Source: a virus
Lineage: Duplodnaviria; Caudoviricetes
Direction: 5' to 3' (one strand)
DNA: 34,304 nucleotides
IMG/VR virus record: IMGVR_UViG_3300020397_000005
Span: 1 to 34,304 of that record
Position 1 is the first letter of the stretch; each line of letters starts with the position of its first letter. Under the pieces are notes generated by a model. It was not told where the DNA came from. It searched no databases and saw only the letters and a program-made list of their open reading frames with translations. Shown here piece by piece: positions 1-7,082 of this stretch. The position numbers were made by a program, and so were the translations under genes.

Positions 1-55
1 GCAATGATGGATAGAATCAGCAAGCAAAGGAGCAAAAGGTAATGGCAGCACCAGC
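1..55. repeat. 55-bp terminal direct repeat (copy 1); circular-assembly overlap
   Basis: Bases 1-55 are identical to 34250-34304. The repeat lies inside coding sequence and 55 is a common assembler k-mer size. Confidence 0.95.
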
Positions 56-245
56 AAAGTATCAGAAGATGTTCGGAGCTAGTCGAGCAAATAAAATTTA
101 CAAGCGCGGCTTGGGTGCGTATTACTCAAGCGGTTCGAGGCCGAAAATGTCGGCTCATGCCTGGGCTGTTGCCAGGTTAAAAGCTCATGCGAAGGGCAAA
201 GCAACAGTTAAAAAAGCAGACGGTGATTTATTTAGGAGAAAGTAA
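42..245 (+). CDS. Small basic protein resembling the C-terminal half of DUF5824-like proteins
   Basis: Motif KIYKRGLGAYYSSGSRPKMSAHAWAVARL. Start overlaps (TAATG) the stop of 34106..34291 across the circular junction. Family name is from recall. Confidence 0.7.
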   Translation: MAAPAKYQKMFGASRANKIYKRGLGAYYSSGSRPKMSAHAWAVARLKAHAKGKATVKKADGDLFRRK

Positions 246-370
246 TGCCATTCCAAAAGTATAGTGCTAAACAAAAGAAGTTAGCAGCCGTTGCCGGAGA
301 TCCTAAAAAGATCGAGGCAGTTGATTTAAAAACTATTGCAAAGAAACGTATGAAGAAGAGGAAAAAGTAA
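245..370 (+). CDS. 41-aa Lys-rich microprotein (not in ORF track)
   Basis: MPFQKYSAKQKKLAAVAGDPKKIEAVDLKTIAKKRMKKRKK. TAATG overlaps at both ends; AGGAG upstream. Confidence 0.75.
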   Translation: MPFQKYSAKQKKLAAVAGDPKKIEAVDLKTIAKKRMKKRKK

Positions 371-489
371 TGCCTTACGGTAAAGGAACATATGGATCTA
401 AAGTTGGTAGGCCTTCGAAAGCTGCAAAGAAAGATCCTAAATTAAAAAAAGCAGCCATGAAAAAAATGATGGCTGCTAAAAAGAAGTAG
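370..489 (+). CDS. 39-aa Lys-rich microprotein (not in ORF track)
   Basis: MPYGKGTYGSKVGRPSKAAKKDPKLKKAAMKKMMAAKKK. TAATG coupling; GAGG upstream. Confidence 0.75.
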   Translation: MPYGKGTYGSKVGRPSKAAKKDPKLKKAAMKKMMAAKKK

Positions 490-496
490 TTAGTTT

Positions 497-874
497 TTAG
501 GTAAGTCTGGGGCTTCTTGGCCCTCCTTTTGTTCTACCATCTACAAACTTGATCTTATGTTTTTTGGCGATGGTCTGCACATTTTGAGTCGAGACCCCAA
601 ACTTTCGGCTCACTTCGGCTTGGGATAACCCATCCTTTGCCATTTGAATATAGGTATCTACACCACCAGGAACCTTACTAATACCAGTTCCGTTACTAAT
701 ACTTTGCTGGGTAGGCCAGTTGACATTGTACTTATTGATCAACTTGGTCATGTAAGTCAAAGAGATGTTTAGCTCCCTGGCTCCTTTGATCCTGGAGATT
801 CCGCGCTTGCCATACTTCTCCAAAAAAGCAGCTTTCTCTTTCTCCTGTTTATCGATTAGTTTTTGCCAAGTCAT
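497..874 (-). CDS. Helix-turn-helix DNA-binding protein (two HTH-like segments)
   Basis: ISRIKGARELNISLTYMTKLI and LSQAEVSRKFGVSTQNVQTIA. Confidence 0.7.
   Translation of the reverse strand: MTWQKLIDKQEKEKAAFLEKYGKRGISRIKGARELNISLTYMTKLINKYNVNWPTQQSISNGTGISKVPGGVDTYIQMAKDGLSQAEVSRKFGVSTQNVQTIAKKHKIKFVDGRTKGGPRSPRLT
509..530 (+). terminator. Possible weak terminator ending the plus-strand unit
   Basis: GGGGCT-TCTT-GGCCCT followed by CCTTTT, just past the point where the two transcription units converge. Confidence 0.25.
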
Positions 875-1608
875 TACTTCACCTGTTTCTGAATGTTGTC
901 ATGCTCGAAGTCGAGCGCTGCTTTACTTACATCTGGTAGATCGAGTAAACCTTTGATAGCGATCTCAGTTGTGTGCCGGACTGTTTCTCCCAGTTTGTCC
1001 AGGTTATCATAGTTTGCCAGGATCAATTCGATCTGTGTCTTTCTGGATCTTTTCTTCTCCTGGTAAAGTGTAAGGGTTGCCAACAGTTCAGTGCTAAACA
1101 TTCCAGCGGTGCTGAGAATATCTTTGAACTCCCCATTGTGCCATAGTAACCGCCAACCTTCCTTTGGTTCCTCCTGCACTGGTTTCTGGGGCTGTACGCT
1201 CATATCAATCTCAGGCTTCTTTTTCTTTGGCTTTTCCTCCGGTGCATCTGGCAGATCTTCGCCCTGGTAAATGTATAAACCCAAACCATGCATGGCTATT
1301 GCTTTCACGAAGCAGCGCATCCTGGCCTTGTTAATTGCTTGTGCATCTGGATTTTTGATAGCTTGCATTGTATTGTTCATAACAGCTAACCACATTGTAT
1401 GCGTTACGCCATCGATTGTGACACTGCATCGAACCTCTCGGGTGTTGTCTGGATAAACAAGATCCTCGAGTAATTCATAAGACGCGCTCTTCACGCTGTT
1501 CTGAACGTGCTTCCAGGCATCTGCCCAGGACAAGTAATCATACTTGCCCTTCTTTTCTTTATCGTCATTTACATTTAAAGACGAAAGTGTTTGCCAAGTT
1601 TTATTCAT
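874..1608 (-). CDS. Sak-type single-strand annealing recombinase (DUF1071-like)
   Basis: EKKGKYDYLSWADAW...MWLAVM...INKARMRCFVKAIAMHGLGLYIYQGEDLP signature. Confidence 0.85.
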   Translation of the reverse strand: MNKTWQTLSSLNVNDDKEKKGKYDYLSWADAWKHVQNSVKSASYELLEDLVYPDNTREVRCSVTIDGVTHTMWLAVMNNTMQAIKNPDAQAINKARMRCFVKAIAMHGLGLYIYQGEDLPDAPEEKPKKKKPEIDMSVQPQKPVQEEPKEGWRLLWHNGEFKDILSTAGMFSTELLATLTLYQEKKRSRKTQIELILANYDNLDKLGETVRHTTEIAIKGLLDLPDVSKAALDFEHDNIQKQVK

Positions 1609-2090
1609 TTTAACCTCACATTGATTGATTGATTGCCTGGCCTTGGTCTGGCTCCTGGCACTGGTTCGCCATCATCCAGGATCTTTTTGATTGCCTGGAT
1701 ATCTGGTTTGATCGTTGTTATTTTCAGCTGACTTGGCACCTGGGCCTCATCAACTATCTCAACAGACCATCGCGGTTTCGTAATGCTGACAGTTGCCAGA
1801 GCATGGGGTACTTTCTTTACACCCATAGAAGTGAGCAGCTGCAACATCACTTGCCTGGTTGCATCTTGTCTGTCTCCCAGGACAGTCGCACGTTTTCGAT
1901 ATACATCGATCAGTTCCTTGACTGCTTTCTCCTGGGCTTTGAGCTCCTGGTCTTGCTCGATTAGCTTGCCCAGGACATCCATTGCATCTGTCTCACCATC
2001 GAGAGTGTCCAGGAATGTGTCCTCATCATCTCCGCACATTTCCCTGATGCTGTCAGACATACGCCTGATCTCTTCGTATTTAATATACAT
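1605..2090 (-). CDS. Siphovirus Gp157-family protein
   Basis: Coiled-coil N-terminus (FLDTLDGE), C-terminal KPDIQAIKKILDDGEPVPGA...SINVR; adjacent to the recombinase. Confidence 0.85.
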   Translation of the reverse strand: MYIKYEEIRRMSDSIREMCGDDEDTFLDTLDGETDAMDVLGKLIEQDQELKAQEKAVKELIDVYRKRATVLGDRQDATRQVMLQLLTSMGVKKVPHALATVSITKPRWSVEIVDEAQVPSQLKITTIKPDIQAIKKILDDGEPVPGARPRPGNQSINVRLK

Positions 2091-2415
2091 ACTGCCATCC
2101 TTTCTCTGTTATTTGCCAAACAATCTCAGTGTTGCCAAATTCATTCTTGCGCCTAACTTCTGTATCAACAATGCAATTTAATTCTTGCAATTCTGTTAGG
2201 CGTGGCCTTACGCTGAGAATAGATAGCCCGAGGTTCTTTGCAATTTCACTGCCTGTCACAGATTGATCCAACTGTGCCAACCCGCAAAGAATTTGTAACC
2301 TCCTCCCTGTTACCCTCGAGGCCACCTTGTGCGCTGCCGCGACTTCCGTATCCGGTCCATCGCGGTGGTGCATCTTTTTAATTTCTACCTGGTCAATCAT
2401 TTGCCTTCCTTCCAT
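2080..2415 (-). CDS. Winged-helix DNA-binding protein
   Basis: PDTEVAAA...TGSEIAKNLGLSILSVRPRLTELQELNCIVDT..RRKN..G..EIVW. Confidence 0.75.
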   Translation of the reverse strand: MEGRQMIDQVEIKKMHHRDGPDTEVAAAHKVASRVTGRRLQILCGLAQLDQSVTGSEIAKNLGLSILSVRPRLTELQELNCIVDTEVRRKNEFGNTEIVWQITEKGWQYVY

Positions 2416-2588
2416 TCTTCATAACCTTTACTCATAGCTGCTAACCCTCGATTAATTAAATTGCGCTCATTTTTTATAAAACTATCAGCAAATTCATCTG
2501 CCATAATATCAACAACGTGACTATCCAAGGCTTGCGAACAAGCCCAATATTGTTTTTCAGTCAGTTCGACTTTTATCTTTCTACTCAT
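2397..2588 (-). CDS. Hypothetical protein
   Basis: GAGGAAG upstream; tiles within the early operon. Confidence 0.65.
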   Translation of the reverse strand: MSRKIKVELTEKQYWACSQALDSHVVDIMADEFADSFIKNERNLINRGLAAMSKGYEEWKEGK

Positions 2589-2724
2589 CTTCTTCCTCCT
2601 CTAATCCAAAGAATCTCATTACTATTTCATCATTGTCTTGCTCGAAGTCTGTAAGCCTCTCGCAATCAATCTTGGTAGGTTTCAGTGCGCTATGTATCAG
2701 CGCAATCAATTCTTCCTTATCCAT
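2581..2724 (-). CDS. 47-aa acidic hypothetical protein (not in ORF track)
   Basis: MDKEELIALIHSALKPTKIDCERLTDFEQDNDEIVMRFFGLEEEEDE. GGAG upstream; fills an operon gap. Confidence 0.65.
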   Translation of the reverse strand: MDKEELIALIHSALKPTKIDCERLTDFEQDNDEIVMRFFGLEEEEDE

Positions 2725-2809
2725 ACAAAACTCCAGCTATTACTAACCACATATAGAGCGTTCCGAACAAACAGATCGCTCCGACTATTGCCTCAATCCA
2801 ATCTCGCAT
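2717..2809 (-). CDS. 30-aa single-transmembrane microprotein (not in ORF track)
   Basis: MRDWIEAIVGAICLFGTLYMWLVIAGVLYG, with a strong GAGGAGG Shine-Dalgarno. Confidence 0.65.
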   Translation of the reverse strand: MRDWIEAIVGAICLFGTLYMWLVIAGVLYG

Positions 2810-2970
2810 TGGTCCTCCTCTACTTCTGATATTGCTACGAAACATTCACTGAACTCTTGCAGAGCAAGCAGCTCGTTCTGTTTTTCCAAGGCAGCCTGGC
2901 GAGTCTGAAACTCGCCGATTGTCCTGGCTCCATGTTCACAAAGTTTATAAACGATATATTTCAGTGTCAC
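2785..2970 (-). CDS. Hypothetical protein
   Basis: GTGA overlap with the upstream gene; GGAG upstream. Confidence 0.6.
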   Translation of the reverse strand: MTLKYIVYKLCEHGARTIGEFQTRQAALEKQNELLALQEFSECFVAISEVEEDQCEIGLRQ

Positions 2971-3443
2971 ACTCCCATCATTGCTGTTAAGTCTAGCACC
3001 TCGGGCGCATCCGGCTTTCGCTCGTAGTGCCAGGGCGCATCATCGTAGCCTGGCATCTTTCGGATCATATGGCCGATAAAGTCTTGTATGTGCCACTCTC
3101 CAATGTATTTGCTGTCATGTTTAGCCTCGAACCAGTTGTCATGTTCGCAAGCCTGGTATCTAAAACAGTGGGCGATCTTTATAAGATCGATCGGTTTTAA
3201 CTCTGGGTCGGGCCTGGTTGCTTCCCTGGCACACTGCGCTCGATACGCGATCAAGCTACATCCACCACTCATAAGATCCCACTCACCTGGATACCTGGCC
3301 TCGATGCTTTCAAAGTTAGCGTTGGCAAGAGCTACCGCCATTTGCTTAGGGTCCCTCCTGTGCCCCCTGATGGTTACCCCGGCTCGGCTCATTGCATTGG
3401 CTAGAACACCAATGTGTTCTGGGTTACATACATATGCACTCAT
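2967..3443 (-). CDS. Hypothetical early protein
   Basis: 158 aa, AGGAGG SD, TAATG coupling; motifs ANFESIEARY and CFRYQACEH. Confidence 0.8.
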   Translation of the reverse strand: MSAYVCNPEHIGVLANAMSRAGVTIRGHRRDPKQMAVALANANFESIEARYPGEWDLMSGGCSLIAYRAQCAREATRPDPELKPIDLIKIAHCFRYQACEHDNWFEAKHDSKYIGEWHIQDFIGHMIRKMPGYDDAPWHYERKPDAPEVLDLTAMMGV

Positions 3444-3679
3444 TACATTTCCTCCTGGTCATATTTGTTGTGCCACTGGGCGCAAGCGGCTGCATCTGAA
3501 AGGTTGGTCAACCTTCTGCCCTGGAACCAAGTCCAAGTGTTTCCGGTGGTCGCATGGACAACCTGGTATTCCATGTTGCCTACATGGTGGACCTGGTATT
3601 CTCCGCAGCTGTATTTGTAATCAGCTGCAAAGTTTTTTTCGTGATTGTTTTTCATGATATCGTACAAGCTAACTTGCAT
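3443..3679 (-). CDS. Hypothetical protein (start corrected to ATG at 3679)
   Basis: GGAGGG SD and TAATG overlap with the upstream gene favour a MQVSLYDIMK start. Confidence 0.65.
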   Translation of the reverse strand: MQVSLYDIMKNNHEKNFAADYKYSCGEYQVHHVGNMEYQVVHATTGNTWTWFQGRRLTNLSDAAACAQWHNKYDQEEM

Positions 3680-3936
3680 TATCCCTCCGCGATGTATAAG
3701 CAACCAGGATTTTGCCACTCGGCATACAAGCCATTCTTTTCTAAGATCTCGTTGATCTTGTGATTGACACCGAAATGATCGAGCAAGCTGCAACCATCCT
3801 GGCCATACTCCCAGTAGTCAGCCCAGGTTGTCTCGTAGTTATCCTCGGCACTGATGAACACGCCGTCCTCATTTTCGAAAACTGGTGCACCAATCTTTTT
3901 AAGCTGATTGAAAGCTGTTCGGTAGTTCCTTTTCAT
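3679..3936 (-). CDS. Hypothetical protein
   Basis: GGAGG SD; C-terminal LEKNGLYAEWQNPG. Confidence 0.75.
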   Translation of the reverse strand: MKRNYRTAFNQLKKIGAPVFENEDGVFISAEDNYETTWADYWEYGQDGCSLLDHFGVNHKINEILEKNGLYAEWQNPGCLYIAEG

Positions 3937-4209
3937 TTAGGCCTCCATTTCGTAAACAGGTAAACTATCGTAATCCTCGAAGGTCATGTCCAACTGTGCG
4001 TTGTGCATCCCGGCATCATCCTTCCAGGCAAACACGACCCTCATCTCAGTGTCGTTGTGTACCATGTCAAAAGTGATGGGGAAGTTGGCACCATAAGGTA
4101 AGCCCAAGACGCACTCATCAGTCAAAGCTCTGTTGAACTTGTGTTCGATGGCGCTGTCATTTAAGGCGAAGATCCAATCGTAGGGAATGAACTTGATTTT
4201 CTTGGTCAT
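3937..4209 (-). CDS. Hypothetical protein, first gene of the leftward operon
   Basis: AGGAG SD; lies downstream of the leftward promoter. Confidence 0.75.
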   Translation of the reverse strand: MTKKIKFIPYDWIFALNDSAIEHKFNRALTDECVLGLPYGANFPITFDMVHNDTEMRVVFAWKDDAGMHNAQLDMTFEDYDSLPVYEMEA

Positions 4210-4237
4210 TTTTACTCCTAAACAATTAACTTACAAC

Positions 4238-4266
4238 TTGATAGTAATACTGATACCGGATAACGT
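4238..4266 (+). promoter_or_regulatory. Rightward sigma70-type promoter overlapping the leftward one
   Basis: Plus strand TTGATA-N17-TAACGT. Confidence 0.55.
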
Positions 4267-4269
4267 CAA
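4241..4269 (-). promoter_or_regulatory. Leftward sigma70-type promoter
   Basis: Minus strand TTGACG-N17-TACTAT. Confidence 0.75.
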
Positions 4270-4278
4270 GCGGTATCA
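4251..4278. promoter_or_regulatory. Palindromic operator candidate
   Basis: TGATACCG-N12-CGGTATCA, a perfect 8-bp inverted repeat overlapping both promoters. Confidence 0.65.
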
Positions 4279-4298
4279 CATAAAAAAAGGTAAAAAAA

Positions 4299-4577
4299 AT
4301 GGTAAAACGTAAGCAAGTCATTGAAAACAATGAAAACTTAATTAATTTTACCACCAGGATTTCGAGTCGAATAAAGAAAAAACTGGTGGATTACTCAGAG
4401 AAACATGGTCAATCCCAGGCAATGGTCATCAGTGAATTGATTGATACTCACCTTCCAGACCAGGAAAAACCAGAAATAAGCCTGGCACCAGCTCCCTACC
4501 AAGAAGAAGACCCTTCCGAGGATCGTTTGGCTGCTAGGAAAGAAATGATTGATTGGCTTCGATCGCATGAGAATTGA
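4299..4577 (+). CDS. Ribbon-helix-helix (Arc/MetJ/CopG-like) regulator
   Basis: INFTTRIS beta-strand, helix, G-Q-S turn, helix (QAMVISELIDTHL). Confidence 0.7.
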   Translation: MVKRKQVIENNENLINFTTRISSRIKKKLVDYSEKHGQSQAMVISELIDTHLPDQEKPEISLAPAPYQEEDPSEDRLAARKEMIDWLRSHEN

Positions 4578-4980
4578 TGTCTGGATGATCGGTCAGCCGA
4601 TCGGCAAAGGCCGCCCCAGGTTTACCAGGCAAGGCAGAGCATACACCCCAGCAAAAACCAAAGATTATGAAAAGCGCCTGGCAGCTATCGCCAGCGATAA
4701 AATGGTGGAGCTCGGGCTCGATCCCATCACCGCACCCTGCAAGGTTCATATCCTGGCACAGTTCGAAGTTCCTAAATCCTGGACAAAGAAGCGCACAGAG
4801 GCCGCCTGGAGAGCCGAAGTGTTTCCTGGTAGGCCAGATATCGATAATGTGGTTAAGATCGCCCTGGACGCTCTCAACGGCGTTATGTTCGAAGATGATG
4901 CCCAGGTGTACCAGGTAACAGCTCATAAGAAGTATGGTGATCCAATGATTTTAATAACAATAGAGTGGGAAAATGGGTAA
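4567..4980 (+). CDS. rusA: RusA-like Holliday junction resolvase
   Basis: PIGKGRPRF...YTPAKTKDYE...RPDIDNVVKIALDALNGVMFEDDAQV; ATG at 4567 preferred. Confidence 0.92.
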   Translation: MRIDVWMIGQPIGKGRPRFTRQGRAYTPAKTKDYEKRLAAIASDKMVELGLDPITAPCKVHILAQFEVPKSWTKKRTEAAWRAEVFPGRPDIDNVVKIALDALNGVMFEDDAQVYQVTAHKKYGDPMILITIEWENG

Positions 4981-5212
4981 CAAAAAGTCAAAAAAACAGT
5001 TTAGAAACTCTTTCGAAAAAAGATATCCAGAGGTTGATTTTCAAAAAGACGATTGGATGCTGGAGGTTCTTAAAATTTGCAAAAAGCATTTGGACAATAA
5101 TCCTGACGATTTTCAAGCCAGGTTTGATGTTGGGATGATTAAAATTTGTCATGAATTTAGCATGGCAATAGATCAACGGTTTAAAAAAAGAAATGTTACC
5201 ACCAAAAGCTAA
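4973..5212 (+). CDS. Hypothetical protein
   Basis: 79-aa ORF overlapping both neighbours; AT-rich. Confidence 0.6.
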   Translation: MGNKKSKKQFRNSFEKRYPEVDFQKDDWMLEVLKICKKHLDNNPDDFQARFDVGMIKICHEFSMAIDQRFKKRNVTTKS

Positions 5213-6032
5213 GAACCAGGATCTCAGAAACTATTCAGTGATTCCAATCCAGGCAGCTATGGATAAGCGGCTACATGGTACAGCTGCGCTCTCTCTCCTG
5301 GTTGTGATCTGTACTTACACAGATCAGCTGGGAGTAACCTGGGTAAGCCAGGACAGACTAGCTGTTGACCTGGGAGTTTCCAGGACTGCGATTGCCAAAC
5401 AGATGAGAAGGCTGCGCGACCTGGGATATATCGTCTACGCGAAAAAGAGATCCAAGTACCAGAAGACAACCAGTGTCCGAGTTGTATTCCCATCAGCTCC
5501 CGAGGATGAAGATGAAGCCAAAGCAAACCTAACAGCTGCATCACAGATTGTCCTGGAAGAAACCAGGCAAGCAGCCGCCGAGGAACAAAAGCAACAGTTT
5601 CTCAAGACATTTAAACTTAATAAAAAGCCTGTGGATAACTCTACCACCTGTGACCCCCAGAGGTCACACCTACCTGTGACTTCCAGAGGTCACACAGAAC
5701 GAGACAATAGAACGTATAATAATAATATATATAATGATGAAGCTAGACGTTTTTCTGCATTGTTTTTAAAAATATGTAATGAGTATGGAACACCCAGGAA
5801 TGTTAATGATCGAGACATTTTAGTAATTGCCAGGTGGATCAGGGAAGGGCTGACAATGAAGGTCTGGTCTGAAATACTAACAAACCATGCTACATATTGT
5901 TATAAGAATAGGCGCGATCTAGCCAGGGCAATAGGATATTTCCAGGTGCCAGTATCAAAAGCCCTGGGCAAATCAAGCAACCCCCAGGTCGACCAGGCAA
6001 TCCAGGGAATTGTCAGAAATACCAGGTCATAA
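5193..6032 (+). CDS. Putative replication initiator with N-terminal winged HTH (lambda O-like organisation)
   Basis: TWVSQDRLAVDLGVSRTAIAKQMRRLRDLGYI HTH; central linker carries iterons and a DnaA box. Confidence 0.75.
   Translation: MLPPKAKNQDLRNYSVIPIQAAMDKRLHGTAALSLLVVICTYTDQLGVTWVSQDRLAVDLGVSRTAIAKQMRRLRDLGYIVYAKKRSKYQKTTSVRVVFPSAPEDEDEAKANLTAASQIVLEETRQAAAEEQKQQFLKTFKLNKKPVDNSTTCDPQRSHLPVTSRGHTERDNRTYNNNIYNDEARRFSALFLKICNEYGTPRNVNDRDILVIARWIREGLTMKVWSEILTNHATYCYKNRRDLARAIGYFQVPVSKALGKSSNPQVDQAIQGIVRNTRS
5630..5740. other. Putative replication origin
   Basis: Consensus DnaA box TGTGGATAA (5630-5638); two 24-bp repeats ACCTGTGACYYCCAGAGGTCACAC (5646-5669, 5672-5695); AT-rich tract about 5711-5740. 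Confidence 0.75.
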
Positions 6033-6094
6033 TGTTCTATTTGCGACATCGGTCCTATCAAATCTGCTAAGTCATTGTTTTTAAACAGCAACGC

Positions 6095-6122
6095 ACTTCG
6101 CATAATCTATATTATGTTAAAT
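6095..6122 (+). other. dif-like XerC/XerD recombination site
   Basis: ACTTCGCATAA-TCTATA-TTATGTTAAAT versus E. coli dif GGTGCGCATAA-TGTATA-TTATGTTAAAT. The XerD arm is identical and the site is intergenic. Confidence 0.9.
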
Positions 6123-6245
6123 GACGCAAAACACCACCCTTGGCCCCCCACCCCACGCGCTGTATGTGTAGTGTCCCACATAAATATTTTCTGGATTTTT
6201 CCCAAAAGAAATGCGATACCAGAAAAATAATAGGAAGGAACTAAA

Positions 6246-6500
6246 ATGAAAAAAATGTATAATGTTGTTCAGGGTCAGCCACGCTATAATGATCCTACAA
6301 AAAGTGATTGGATACAGCTTGGCGTTGCCTGGGATGATAGTAAGGGGATGCGCATCAAGTTAAATGCGTTACCTTTACCTAACAAAGAAGGTGATGTTTG
6401 GGTGAGTTTATTTCCGAAGGACGATAAGTTTCAAGGATCTGATCAATCTAGCCAGCATAATTCTCAGGCTAATGATTTTGATGATGAGATACCGATTTAA
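6246..6500 (+). CDS. Small single-stranded DNA-binding-like protein
   Basis: Beta-rich core (WIQLGVAW...IKLNALP...VSLF), flexible linker and SSB-type acidic tail DFDDEIPI. Confidence 0.7.
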   Translation: MKKMYNVVQGQPRYNDPTKSDWIQLGVAWDDSKGMRIKLNALPLPNKEGDVWVSLFPKDDKFQGSDQSSQHNSQANDFDDEIPI

Positions 6501-6916
6501 TGGCTAGAACCAGGCAAACACCTATAGGCCGCTTTGGTGGTGTTAGGGTTGCCCAGCGCAGGGTTAAGACCAGCGCGACATTAGAGCAGAATAAGGAAGC
6601 TGTTGCCCAGGAGTTGATTGCCCTGGGCACGACTTCCATTACTGAGATTATGAATTTAGATGGCACGATGAAGAACCAGGAGGATATTCCTGATTATGCG
6701 TTAAGAGCTATCAAAAGGATCACGCCTATGCCGGATGGTCGGGTTGCTGTTGAGATGCACGATAAGGTTTCGGTGCTGCGTGTTCTGGCAAAAGCAGCTG
6801 GGTTTCTGGATAGTCCGGACAAAGAGAGCGATAAGCCCTCGATTGTTGGAATTAATATGAAAGGTCCGGAAACGACTGAATATGAGGTAATCGATGAGCA
6901 AGACGGCAAGACTTGA
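6500..6916 (+). CDS. terS: Terminase small subunit
   Basis: AVAQELIALG...AIKRI...VEMHDKVSVLRVLAK pattern; upstream of TerL. Confidence 0.7.
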   Translation: MARTRQTPIGRFGGVRVAQRRVKTSATLEQNKEAVAQELIALGTTSITEIMNLDGTMKNQEDIPDYALRAIKRITPMPDGRVAVEMHDKVSVLRVLAKAAGFLDSPDKESDKPSIVGINMKGPETTEYEVIDEQDGKT

Positions 6917-7082
6917 GGTTGCGATCTATATGCTCGAGGAACGAATAAAATCCCTCGAGGGTTCATTGAGAGAGATTAGGGATACGGCCAAGGTGTATAA
7001 TGATGTCGAAGAGTCCTGGCATATTGAACAATTAGCAGATAAAGCATTGCAGGAAAAAAATGAGCGCGATCCCCAGTCTTGA
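6894..7082 (+). CDS. Hypothetical coiled-coil protein
   Basis: GAGG SD; lies between terS and terL. Confidence 0.6.
   Translation: MSKTARLEVAIYMLEERIKSLEGSLREIRDTAKVYNDVEESWHIEQLADKALQEKNERDPQS

Noticed and set aside
3088-3657. 189-aa plus-strand ORF and the other antisense or alternate-frame ORFs in the track
   Set aside because: They are shadows of well-supported, tightly coupled genes and show no recognisable motifs or SD sites.
5646-5695. CRISPR mini-array or CRP sites
   Set aside because: There are only two repeats with a 2-bp gap, and the TGTGA..TCACA spacing is 10 rather than 6. Iterons fit better.
6130-6156. KOPS motif next to dif
   Set aside because: The C-rich tract does not match CCCTNCCC (the reverse complement of GGGNAGGG).
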